Origin: Candidatus Thermosaccharophagus tengchongensis
GTDB taxonomy: Bacteria > Armatimonadota > Fervidibacteria > Fervidibacterales > Thermosaccharophagaceae
DNA length: 64,000 nucleotides
Strand: one strand, 5' to 3'
NCBI GenBank assembly: GCA_032161105.1
Contig: JAVHTD010000010.1
The stretch's first letter is position 1, and every line of letters starts with the position of its first letter. The translations under genes and the position numbers were made by a program. This document shows, in pieces, positions 1 to 8,772 of this stretch. The notes under the pieces were generated by a model, which did no database searches, was not told the DNA's origin, and saw only the letters and a list, made by a program, of their open reading frames with translations.

Positions 1-1
1 C

Positions 2-472
2 ATGTCAAAGCGTGAGGGGCTCGGCTTTGAGACGGAGGTGGAAAGCGACTGCGCACCACTCTGGTCACTCGTTGAGGCGCTTCTAAACGGCTGCAAGACT
101 TTGCGCTGCTTGAAAGACCCAACGAGGGGTGGGCTTGCCACAGCCCTCCACGAACTCGCCGAGGCAGCCAATGTGTGCATTGAAATTGACGAGGACGCAA
201 TCCCAATACGCCCGCCGGTAATGACTGCATGTGAGTTGCTCGGCATTGACCCGCTCTATGTGGCTAACGAAGGTAAGTTGGTTGCCGTTGTGTCAGCGGA
301 TGAAGCGGAAGTTGCACTGAACATCATGCGCTCGCATGCTCTTGGCAGGCACGCAAGCATAATTGGGAGGGTGATCGCTGAGCCAAAGGGACAGTTAGTG
401 CTTCGGACTGCCATCGGCTCAAGGCGATTAGTTGAACCCTTCTCTGGAGAGCAACTCCCAAGGATTTGTTGA
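2..472 (+). CDS. hypE: Hydrogenase maturation protein HypE, C-terminal part (truncated by window edge)
   Basis: ESDCAPL, KDPTRGGLAT, LGIDPLYVANEGK motifs and C-terminal LPRIC. Confidence 0.95.
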   Translation: MSKREGLGFETEVESDCAPLWSLVEALLNGCKTLRCLKDPTRGGLATALHELAEAANVCIEIDEDAIPIRPPVMTACELLGIDPLYVANEGKLVAVVSADEAEVALNIMRSHALGRHASIIGRVIAEPKGQLVLRTAIGSRRLVEPFSGEQLPRIC

Positions 473-553
473 GGTCAATATAGGCAATAAGCGCAACGAA
501 GCGAGTCCCCTTCCACACCGTGTAAAGCTGCGATTGATGAAAAACAGCGCGCC

Positions 554-1342
554 TCATACACCCCTATGGTTCGGGATAGTTTTACGCGCCGCAATGATTT
601 GCTCATCATAGGTAGCATACACAGTTTCACCCGGCTGCACAATTAGAAATTCCGCCTCGTCCCATTGCCCATCCACCCATCTTTCCAGCAACCCTAAATC
701 ACCTTTCAATTCACGATATTCCCATCCACGCTGCCGGCAAATCTCCCGGACCTCCTCTCTGAGCCCAAGATGCTCGGTGAAGTCAAAGCTGATCAGCATG
801 CCGCACTTGTATTTCTGCGTCCATCCATGCGCAACCTCCAAGATGTAGAGGGCATTTTCTTCGCCATATTGCTCCACCAACTCAGCAAATGACCTCCCAA
901 AAGCGATGGGGACATTCTGTGACGGGAGTTCATCTCTCCCCAACCCATGCCGGCCACTTTCCCTTCTCTTGCACTTCGGCAACTCCAACCAACCGGCGGT
1001 GTAAAAGTAGGTGCCCGGATTGGCACTGAATACCTGTTGGTATCTCTCCTTAGAACCCAAGAAGAATGTGATGCAATCGTGCGCCCTCGGAATGACCAAT
1101 CTGGTATCCCTCGCCGTCAGACCAACGAGCATCGTATTGCATAGACCGTAACCGATTAATATGGCATCATATTGTCCCTTCGGCACGAGGTCTACATGCG
1201 CCTGAAGAATGCCCCTTCCAACTTGAGGTTCGTCGTGGTAACCGACCGGCAAAAACTCCAAGTCCACGATGTTGCGTGACTTCGCCACCACAAAACAAAT
1301 TTCACGACGGGCAATCTCGCATGCGATAACCTTGAGGAACAT
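554..1342 (-). CDS. DUF1638-like protein
   Basis: MFLKVIAC start after GAGGAGG RBS; GYGLC, PRAHDCITFFLGS and GTYFYTAGW motifs typical of DUF1638. Confidence 0.75.
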   Translation of the reverse strand: MFLKVIACEIARREICFVVAKSRNIVDLEFLPVGYHDEPQVGRGILQAHVDLVPKGQYDAILIGYGLCNTMLVGLTARDTRLVIPRAHDCITFFLGSKERYQQVFSANPGTYFYTAGWLELPKCKRRESGRHGLGRDELPSQNVPIAFGRSFAELVEQYGEENALYILEVAHGWTQKYKCGMLISFDFTEHLGLREEVREICRQRGWEYRELKGDLGLLERWVDGQWDEAEFLIVQPGETVYATYDEQIIAARKTIPNHRGV

Positions 1343-1478
1343 CGTTCCACCTCCTCTTACAGCTGTGAACTTGCAACAAGGAAGAGATGTCCCAAGGTAG
1401 GGCGGCGGATGCACCAAAGCAGCAAAATGTATTATGCGAGCGCCTTGGATCGCCGTTTGGGCGGGAGTGATAGAAAGG

Positions 1479-2576
1479 ATGCTCTCAGTTGGCATAGTTG
1501 GGCTGCCGAATGTTGGCAAGTCAACCCTTTTTAACGCCTTGACGAGGGCACATGCAGAAGTCTCCAACTACCCGTTTTGCACGATCTCGCCAAATGAGGC
1601 GATTGTTGCCGTCCCAGATGAACGCCCATACGAACTCGCGAAGATGTTCAATCAGGAACGGGTTGTGCCGGCGACTTTCAAGTTCGTTGACATTGCTGGG
1701 CTTGTAAGGAACGCACACAAAGGTGAGGGCTTGGGGAACGAGTTCCTGTCGCACATCAGAGGGGTGGATGCGATACTGCACCTTGTGCGATGCTTCAAAA
1801 GGTTGGATGTGGCACATGTTGATGGCAGCGTTGACCCAGTCAGGGATGTTGAGGTTGTTGAGCTTGAGCTCGCCCTCGCCGACATGCAGCTTCTTCAAAG
1901 GAGGCTCACGCACATTTCAAAGCGCGCAGCCTCCGGAGATAAGGATGCGCGAGCTGAAGTCGGCTTGCTTGAAAAGCTGATCAGCGAGTTGGACAAAGGG
2001 AAGCCGGTGAGAAAGATCCAATTCACATCCGAGGAGTCAGAACGCATTGGACAATATCAACTCCTGACGGCTAAGCCATGCATTTATGTCGGCAATGTGG
2101 ACGAGGGCGAGGAAAGCAACTTGGCATTCTTGGAACTCAAGCGTTGGTGTGACGAGCGTGGCTACCGTGCGTTGCCTATAAATGCGAAGTTGCACATGGA
2201 GTTGAGCGAGTTGCCGGAGGATGAAGCAAAGGAGATGGCGAGCGCCTTTGGAATTGAGACATCGGCGTTGGATGAAATAGTGAGGGAATGCTTCAGACTG
2301 CTTGATGCCATCGTTTTCTTCACAGCCGTCGGAAGGGAAGTGACAGCATGGGTGATAAAGCGAGGCACAACCGCAATCAAGGCTGCCGGAAAGATACACA
2401 GCGACTTTGAGCGCGGCTTCATAAGGGCTGAGGTTATACCTTTTGATCTGCTCAAGCAAGTTGGCTCATGGGAAATGGCGAGGCAAAGCGGTCTGGTGCA
2501 AATCAAGGGGAAGGATTACATCGTCCAAGATGGCGATGTCATTCATTTTCGCTTCCATGTGCCTCACGGGAGCTGA
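1479..2576 (+). CDS. ychF: Obg-family ATPase YchF
   Basis: GIVGLPNVGKST, NYPFCTI, DIAGLV, TGS domain (AAGKIHSDFERGFIRAE, GKDYIVQDGD). Confidence 0.97.
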   Translation: MLSVGIVGLPNVGKSTLFNALTRAHAEVSNYPFCTISPNEAIVAVPDERPYELAKMFNQERVVPATFKFVDIAGLVRNAHKGEGLGNEFLSHIRGVDAILHLVRCFKRLDVAHVDGSVDPVRDVEVVELELALADMQLLQRRLTHISKRAASGDKDARAEVGLLEKLISELDKGKPVRKIQFTSEESERIGQYQLLTAKPCIYVGNVDEGEESNLAFLELKRWCDERGYRALPINAKLHMELSELPEDEAKEMASAFGIETSALDEIVRECFRLLDAIVFFTAVGREVTAWVIKRGTTAIKAAGKIHSDFERGFIRAEVIPFDLLKQVGSWEMARQSGLVQIKGKDYIVQDGDVIHFRFHVPHGS

Positions 2577-2599
2577 CGAGATTACGCGAGCATCGCTTG

Positions 2600-5044
2600 C
2601 TATTCATCCCCCTCACTGTCGCGGTGTGCTTGTGCCGTGGCGCTGCTTAAAGCGTTGTCGCTTTGCACATCACGAGCATACTCACATTTGTCCGAACTGC
2701 ATTTGACGATAAGTTTTGAACGCTGCTTAACCTGAATTAGTGGTGAGCCGCAAATCGGGCACTGCTCACCCGTTGGCTTTCCGGGCAACAGGATGGTGCA
2801 CTTAGGGTAGTTGCTGCATCCGTAAAACACCTTCCCCCTGAACTTACCCTTGCGTGCTACTCTTGGGCGAAGGTAACCATTACAGCCATCTGCTGGGCAT
2901 GGTATCAAGTTGCTCTCATCAATCGGCATTGTGAACTTACACTGCGGATAGTTTGAGCAACCCCAAAATGCGCCGGTGCGACCGATGCGCTTGACCATTG
3001 GCGCACCGCAAACTTGACAGCTTCTTTCGGCGCTGCGGGCGTCTACTTCAACTTCGTATTGCCCCTCTTGCTCCCCCTCTTTGACTTGTTTGCTCGGCGC
3101 CTCGTGAATCGCTTCCTCTACCAGCTGGGCAGTGAATTTGCAATCCGGAAAGCCGCTGCACGCCAAGAACGGACCATAGCGGCTATACCTGATGACCATT
3201 CTCCTTCCGCACCTTGGACAAGCCTTATCAGTCTCAACACCACTAAACTGCTTCATACCCTCCTGTGCTCTCTCAAGTGCTTGCATGAACGGCTCATAGA
3301 ATGTCCGGACGACACTCACCCAATCGGCATTCCCCTCCTCAACGGCATCAAGATGCTCTTCCATTTGCGCTGTGAACTTGATGTTGATTAACTCGGGGAA
3401 GTGCGCAACGAGCTGGTCGTTGACAAGCATTCCAAGAGGTGTGGCATGCAGCTTCTTTCCCCTCACCTCAACATAGCCTCGCTTGATTATCGTTGAAACA
3501 ATTGGCGCATAAGTGCTCGGGCGACCTATACCGTAGCGCTCCAGCGCTCTTATAAGCGTTGCCTGGGTATATCTTGATGGTGGCTTTGTCCAATGCTGCT
3601 TCGGCATTACATCAAGTAGTCTTAACCTCTCACCAACTCTCACATCCGGAAGCCAACCCTCTTCCTCCCGCTCTTCCTCATCATCTCTACCCTCTTGGTA
3701 AACTGCCAAGTAGCCATCAAACTTGATCCTTGAACCAGTTGCGCAGAGCAAGTAATCTCCACCTTGAATGTCTATGCGCATGGTGTCATAAATTGCATCT
3801 GCCATTTGCGATGCAACAAACCTTTGCCAAATTAGGCTATAAAGCTCATGCTGAGCTCGGGTTAGATATGGTTCAACATTGTTCGGGTGACGCATGACTG
3901 ATGTTGGTCGTATGGCTTCGTGAGCATCTTGAGCTGAACGCTTTGGGCGATATTGCCTTGGCTTCTCTGGGAGGTATTGTTCGCCAAAAGCGGTCATGAT
4001 GAACTCTCTTGCCTGTTGAATAGCCTCCGGGGCAACGCGTGTTGAATCCGTGCGCATGTAGGTGATCAAACCGACGGAGCCTTCATCGCCAATTTCAATC
4101 CCCTCGTAAAGCTGTTGAGCGACGCGCATCGTCTGTTCAGGATTGAACCCGAGCTTCCTTGAAGCCTCCTGCTGCAGCGTTGATGTGATAAACGGTGGCG
4201 GTGGTGGCTTCGCTTTATCCTCACGCTTTAGGTCAATGACGATGAAGTGCTGCTGCCTGAGCTCATCAGCGATGCGCAACGCTTCCTGTTCATTCGGTAT
4301 CTGAATGTCGCTTCCGGCGAACTTTATCAGCTTAGCTTCAAATGGCTCATCTCTATCTTCGGGCGTGAGCAACACCGTTATCGTCCAATACTCCTGCGGG
4401 ACAAAATTTTGTATCTCTCGCTCGCGCTCACAAACAAGCATCAGTGCGACTGATTGGACGCGCCCAGCACTGAGTCCCTTTGCCACTTTGCTCCACAGCA
4501 GGGGGCTTAAGTGATAGCCGAATATTCTGTCAAGGACTCGCCGTGCCTGTTGCGCGTTGACTAATCGCATGTCAATGTCCCTTGGCGAGCTGAGCGCCCT
4601 TAAGACGGCGTCCCTCGTTATCTCGTGGAACTCAATCCGCTTTGTGTATGGGCAGTTGATCAGCTGAGCTACATGCCACGCAATAGCTTCCCCTTCTCTA
4701 TCTGGGTCTGAGGCGATGTAGACTTCCCTCGCCCTCTTCGCGGCTTCTTTTAACTCATTGATGACCTTGCGCCTTGAGGGGATGACGACATACTTTGGTG
4801 CAAAGTCATTCTCAACATCCACTCCAAACGAACTTTCGGGAAGATCACGCACATGTCCCATCGTGCTCAATACTTTGAATCCAGCTCCAACGATGCCCTG
4901 CACTGTGCGAGCCTTCGCCGGCGATTCAACAACGATCAACTTCTCGCCATTACATTCGTTTTGCGGTGATGCAATCCCTCTTTCCCTCTTCCCTTTTGAA
5001 CGCTTACTGACTTTGCCCTTGGAGCGCACATGCTTGCGCATCAC
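2600..5044 (-). CDS. topA: DNA topoisomerase I with C-terminal Zn-ribbon repeats
   Basis: IVVESPAK, DPDREGEAI, SAGRVQS, ITYMRTDS, DAHEAIRPT, GIGRPSTY; repeated CPxCG...CSxYPxC. Confidence 0.98.
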   Translation of the reverse strand: MMRKHVRSKGKVSKRSKGKRERGIASPQNECNGEKLIVVESPAKARTVQGIVGAGFKVLSTMGHVRDLPESSFGVDVENDFAPKYVVIPSRRKVINELKEAAKRAREVYIASDPDREGEAIAWHVAQLINCPYTKRIEFHEITRDAVLRALSSPRDIDMRLVNAQQARRVLDRIFGYHLSPLLWSKVAKGLSAGRVQSVALMLVCEREREIQNFVPQEYWTITVLLTPEDRDEPFEAKLIKFAGSDIQIPNEQEALRIADELRQQHFIVIDLKREDKAKPPPPPFITSTLQQEASRKLGFNPEQTMRVAQQLYEGIEIGDEGSVGLITYMRTDSTRVAPEAIQQAREFIMTAFGEQYLPEKPRQYRPKRSAQDAHEAIRPTSVMRHPNNVEPYLTRAQHELYSLIWQRFVASQMADAIYDTMRIDIQGGDYLLCATGSRIKFDGYLAVYQEGRDDEEEREEEGWLPDVRVGERLRLLDVMPKQHWTKPPSRYTQATLIRALERYGIGRPSTYAPIVSTIIKRGYVEVRGKKLHATPLGMLVNDQLVAHFPELINIKFTAQMEEHLDAVEEGNADWVSVVRTFYEPFMQALERAQEGMKQFSGVETDKACPRCGRRMVIRYSRYGPFLACSGFPDCKFTAQLVEEAIHEAPSKQVKEGEQEGQYEVEVDARSAERSCQVCGAPMVKRIGRTGAFWGCSNYPQCKFTMPIDESNLIPCPADGCNGYLRPRVARKGKFRGKVFYGCSNYPKCTILLPGKPTGEQCPICGSPLIQVKQRSKLIVKCSSDKCEYARDVQSDNALSSATAQAHRDSEGDE

Positions 5045-5080
5045 TACGCATCCCCCGAGGTATTAACGCTCAATCAAAAA

Positions 5081-5154
5081 TGGGCCGGGCAGGATTTGAA
5101 CCTGCGACCTTGGGATTAAGAGTCCCCTGCTCTACCTGGCTGAGCTACCGGCCC
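5081..5154 (-). tRNA. tRNA-Lys(CTT)
   Basis: GGGCCGG acceptor stem, anticodon arm GGGGA-CTCTTAA-TCCCA, GGTTCAAATCC T-arm; CCA not encoded. Confidence 0.95.
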
Positions 5155-5504
5155 ACTGCAGGTCAATTGTGCTAACAACGATATAAACGCTTCATTGCTT
5201 TGGGCTCTTACTACCGGTGTTCAAATTATAACGCATGCAAGTGCCCACATCATTTCGCCATGCTGCGTTAAATCTGCCCGCGCTGCCAGCCGCACAAGTG
5301 GACAGCTAACTTCACTGCCAAATCAAGATATGCAACCGAGATGCCCACAATGCCAATATGCCGAGACAGCCTCTAACCCATTTGCTGCCTCACTCAGAGT
5401 AGTTGCCTCGCAACAGTTGATAGAAGCGCTCAGCTACAACTAAGCATCGCTTTTCCCTCTGCTCCATTAGCCATATTGGGATAGGACCAAAATTGTAACC
5501 GCTC

Positions 5505-5975
5505 TCAAAACGAAACAGTCCACATCACCCTGATCTCGCATCGGGTTAATTTCCTCCTTTCAAACCCCCAGTCAAATCTTTCCACCTCAAACTTTGGTGG
5601 GGATACACAGGTAACAACTAACCCGTTGTCAAACGAGAACTGGTTTCCGTCCTGGGTAAAACTCTTGGCATTGACATGCAGGCAATAGGTTGCTCTAAGT
5701 TTGGGTCCGTTCCATTGGTCTCGCAAAACAAAATAATCGTGCCGTTCTGGGTGGCGTATGAATATGACTGTGCGACGATATGACGAAGATCGCTCGAAAG
5801 GCGAAGCACACATGGTTGCCCTGGTGTGGGATTGTAGTTGGCAAGCGGCCACTCGTGTGCCAAGCGGAGAGCTTTGCCTGAGGGTATAACTCCATCTAAT
5901 CCCTCAATCAGTTGATTAAGCCCCTCTGTTCCATAGCCGCCAATATAAACGCAATTTGGTGCCACAGCGACAGAA
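5505..5975 (-). pseudogene. Degraded gene fragment(s); the YRRTVIF...DYFVLRD segment resembles the C-terminal domain of heparinase II/III-like proteins
   Basis: Protein-like sequence is split across two frames with no clear start or RBS; lies between two tRNAs. Confidence 0.4.
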
Positions 5976-6058
5976 GTCAACTGGATTAAGCCTTTAGCGA
6001 ATACAGCTGCATTCAAGATGCGAGAGCCACTGCATCTCTTCAAAAGCATTATTCGGTA

Positions 6059-6136
6059 TGGCGCGCCCGGAGGGATTTGAACCCCCGACCCCGGGATCCG
6101 AAGTCCCGCGCTCTATCCAGACTGAGCTACGGGCGC
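6059..6136 (-). tRNA. tRNA-Arg(TCG)
   Basis: GCGCCCG/CGGGCGC acceptor stem, anticodon arm CGGGA-CTTCGGA-TCCCG, A20 in D-loop, encoded CCA. Confidence 0.93.
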
Positions 6137-6162
6137 GCCGTGCTTACTCACGCAATTGGCTA

Positions 6163-6254
6163 AGGCGGGCCTGGGAATCGAACCCAGCCTCTGCCTTACA
6201 TCGGCAGAGCCGACGGATTTGCGATCCGTGGGGCACACCAGCACCATACCCGCC
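6163..6254 (-). tRNA. Non-canonical tRNA-Sec-like tRNA with GCA (Cys) anticodon, U73 and long variable arm
   Basis: GGCGGGT-AT-GGTGC-TGGT-GTGCC-CC-ACGGA-TCGCAAA-TCCGT-CGG-CTCTGCC-GATGTAA-GGCAGAG-G-CTGGG-TTCGATT-CCCAG-GCCCGCC-T; all stems pair (some G-U). Confidence 0.85.
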
Positions 6255-6320
6255 ACTTCGGAAAATGCGCATTAACTTCCCCACTTCCTCCATGATGAAT
6301 GAGCCATCCTTTTCCCCTCA

Positions 6321-6911
6321 TCACCCAACAAGCAGCTTGAAAATGGCGGCAAGCAGCGCAACTAAGAGCGGAATTAACATACCAAACAACCATCGCTCAA
6401 GAAGGACGAACCGCCTCTCAAATTGCGCAAACCGCACCCTTATTTCGCCTCTCAGCTCTTCAAATCGTCTATCCATCTCACCTCTTAGCTCTTCAAACCG
6501 CTTGTCCATTTCACTGAACCGCCTATCCATTTCACCTCTTAACTCTTCAAACCGCTTATCCATTTCACCGAACCGCCTGTCCATTTCGCCTCTTAACTCT
6601 TCAAACCGCCTGTCCATCTCACTCCTCAATTCCTCAAACCGTTTGTTCATCTCACCCCTCAATTCTTCAAACCGCCTGTCCATCTCACTCCTCAATTCCT
6701 CAAATTGCCTATCTGCCTCGCCTCTTGAATATTCAATCTCCCGTTGGAGCGAACCTATGCGGGCTTCAAAGTAGCGTTCAAAGTATGGCGGCACCTCTGG
6801 CACAAGGGGCGCTACAACTGTCACGAGTGTGCGAAGGAAGTTCTCAACAGCCTCCTCGCTCATCCCAAGCCTGCGCGCAAGCTCATCAATCACTTGCTGC
6901 CTACTCGTCAT
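6321..6911 (-). CDS. Membrane-anchored coiled-coil repeat protein (DUF1640/CCDC90-like head-stalk-anchor layout)
   Basis: GGAGGA RBS; 7 RFEELRGEMDR-type 11-mers plus 7-mers; C-terminal hydrophobic helix WLFGMLIPLLVALLAAIF. Confidence 0.8.
   Translation of the reverse strand: MTSRQQVIDELARRLGMSEEAVENFLRTLVTVVAPLVPEVPPYFERYFEARIGSLQREIEYSRGEADRQFEELRSEMDRRFEELRGEMNKRFEELRSEMDRRFEELRGEMDRRFGEMDKRFEELRGEMDRRFSEMDKRFEELRGEMDRRFEELRGEIRVRFAQFERRFVLLERWLFGMLIPLLVALLAAIFKLLVG
6435..6710. repeat. Imperfect tandem 33-bp and 21-bp coding repeats
   Basis: Recurring units such as ...ctcttcaaaccgcctgtccat... on the + strand. Confidence 0.9.
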
Positions 6912-7049
6912 TGCATATCCTCCAAACAAAAGTTGAAAGCGTGGGCACCACGCATAGCATAAAGAGCAACCGACCTTTCAATGAGGGAATCTTCAAGCAT
7001 GGATGCGAACTTAATCCAACTCCGTTGATGGTGTTCATGCTGGAGAATG

Positions 7050-7123
7050 GGCGAGCGGCGGGACTCGAACCCGCGACCCCTGGGGCCACAGCCCAGTGCT
7101 CTAACCGCTGAGCTACGCCCGCC
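7050..7123 (-). tRNA. tRNA-His(GTG)
   Basis: Encoded G-1, C73, anticodon arm CTGGG-CTGTGGC-CCCAG. Confidence 0.95.
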
Positions 7124-7193
7124 ACAAACTTAACCATTCAAATTCTTCAAACTCACCACACCGTATTCAGCAGTTTGCAGCCTCAACCTTGTG

Positions 7194-7267
7194 CGCCCCG
7201 GGCAGGACTCGAACCCGCGACCAGACGCTTAGAAGGCGCCTGCTCTATCCACCTGAGCTACCGGGGC
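7194..7267 (-). tRNA. tRNA-Arg(TCT)
   Basis: GCCCCGG acceptor stem, anticodon arm GGCGC-CTTCTAA-GCGTC. Confidence 0.95.
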
Positions 7268-7310
7268 ACTCATCAAGTCCTCTTTCACATGCAAAGTATC
7301 CATCTAAAAT

Positions 7311-7385
7311 TGGAGCGGGAGACGGGACTCGAACCCGCGACCTACAGCTTGGAAGGCTGTCGCTCTACCTCTGAGCTACTCCCGC
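7311..7385 (-). tRNA. tRNA-Gly(TCC)
   Basis: GCGGGAG acceptor stem, anticodon arm ACAGC-CTTCCAA-GCTGT, U73, encoded CCA. Confidence 0.96.
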
Positions 7386-7409
7386 TCATAACCTATTGCA
7401 ATTGCCATA

Positions 7410-7484
7410 TCGGGGCGACCGGACTTGAACCGGTGACCTCCTGCTCCCAAGGCAGGCGCGCTAACCAAACTGCGCTACGCCCCG
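7410..7484 (-). tRNA. tRNA-Pro(TGG)
   Basis: CGGGGCG acceptor stem, anticodon arm CCTGC-CTTGGGA-GCAGG. Confidence 0.96.
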
Positions 7485-7605
7485 AATTGATCAACCTCAC
7501 CACACTTTTATTTTAGCGCACTCACTTTGAGCACATTCGTGAAGGGGCTTGCGCCGTTGATTAAGCACTAAGCACATTTGTGTAGATGACTTTAGCAGTG
7601 CTTCT

Positions 7606-8772
7606 TCACTTCACCTCGGCGCGCATTATTAACTCTGTCACGCTGCACGGCTGCAGACCCTTCTGGAGCAGCCCTTCAATTATGTCTGACAGGGAGTTTG
7701 ATGTGACCTTGCTTGTTGCGTGCAAAAGGACAATGTCGCCAGATGTTGATTTCGTCACCACACGCCTTATAACTTCCCCCTCACTTACTCCCTTCTTCCA
7801 GTCCAAACCATCAACAGCCCAGTAAGTCGGAATGTAACCCGATGAGAGTAAGACCCTTACGACCCTCTCATCCCTGTCGCCATATGGTGGGCGAACATAC
7901 GGAGTCAATGGACCATCGTTCCCGATGGCTTTAAGTATTGACTGCTCAGCGTGCTTGACTTCACCAACTATCTCGTCGTCAGAGAGTTCCGTCAACTTCG
8001 GATGCGAGTAAGTGTGATTGCCGATTTCATGCCCATGTAAAGCTATCGCCTTTAAGGTGCTCGGAAAGCTATCAGCCCAATGCCCGGTCACGAAAAATGT
8101 CGCACGCACATTGTATCGTTTCAACACCTCAAGTATGGGCGGCACATACTCGTTCGTAAAATGAGCATCAAATGAGAGTGCGACCAATCCCTCACTTACA
8201 GACAGGCGTGATAGCTCAAGTTGCCAAACCGGCTTACGGACTTCAATTCCATCAAGTGCTCCCTTAATGGCGGACGGCAAATGTGCCTTGAGAGCGTCAA
8301 TTGATGGGCGACCCAAACCGTGAGCTGGTGGAGATATAGATCGTGTGCCTTCATTTTTATCGGTGCGATGTTCTGTTGCGCCCTCAGCTTGCGACTTTAC
8401 CTCATCAATAGGATGAACTTTCTCCCTCGGCTTAGATGGGCGCTCAGCAATACGATGTTCGGATTCAACTGCTCTATTGGGGCGCAGGACTTTGACCCTT
8501 TCATTTGAGCTTGGGCGCTGGCTTTGATCCGCGTTGCGGACGCTAACATAAATCCCGATGCAAAGTGAAACGATGAGCATCATGATGAGCAGCAACACTT
8601 TTGCGCTCCCGCAATGGTGTGAGTTAAACATCCGGCAATTCAACTTCACCACTCGCTTAAACATTGCCCAACCTTTCACCACCATTCTGGCGAAGACACA
8701 CAGCGTGTCTAAAACAGCAGCATTGGCTTCGCATAATGTCGGCGAGACGCAAGCACTCACTGTATGCCGCAA
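7606..8772 (-). CDS. Membrane-anchored polysaccharide deacetylase (NodB/CE4); real start probably downstream, about 8664
   Basis: N-terminal TM helix; SFDA, HEIGNHTYSHP, RPPYG, DWK, IVLLH motifs. Confidence 0.9.
   Translation of the reverse strand: MRHTVSACVSPTLCEANAAVLDTLCVFARMVVKGWAMFKRVVKLNCRMFNSHHCGSAKVLLLIMMLIVSLCIGIYVSVRNADQSQRPSSNERVKVLRPNRAVESEHRIAERPSKPREKVHPIDEVKSQAEGATEHRTDKNEGTRSISPPAHGLGRPSIDALKAHLPSAIKGALDGIEVRKPVWQLELSRLSVSEGLVALSFDAHFTNEYVPPILEVLKRYNVRATFFVTGHWADSFPSTLKAIALHGHEIGNHTYSHPKLTELSDDEIVGEVKHAEQSILKAIGNDGPLTPYVRPPYGDRDERVVRVLLSSGYIPTYWAVDGLDWKKGVSEGEVIRRVVTKSTSGDIVLLHATSKVTSNSLSDIIEGLLQKGLQPCSVTELIMRAEVK

Noticed and set aside
1343..1567. Apparent overlap of the 554-1567 and 1434-2576 ORFs
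   Set aside because: An artefact of longest-ORF starts; RBS-supported starts at 1342 (-) and 1479 (+) do not overlap.
6163..6254. Canonical tRNA-Sec (selC) or tRNA-Ser/Leu call
   Set aside because: The anticodon is GCA rather than TCA, the discriminator is U rather than G, and the branch is 7/5 rather than 8/5; the D-arm does not fit Ser or Leu.
6435..6710. Possible CRISPR array
   Set aside because: The repeats are contiguous in-frame coding units with no unique spacers, and no cas genes are in the window.
6058..6774. 238-aa + strand ORF with SSNRLSISPL repeats
   Set aside because: Antisense shadow of two tRNAs and the repeat protein; MARPEGFEPPT is a typical tRNA-antisense translation.
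6725..7516. Several short ORFs (e.g. 6901-7137, 7175-7516, 7189-7374)
   Set aside because: They overlap the His, Arg, Gly and Pro tRNA genes.
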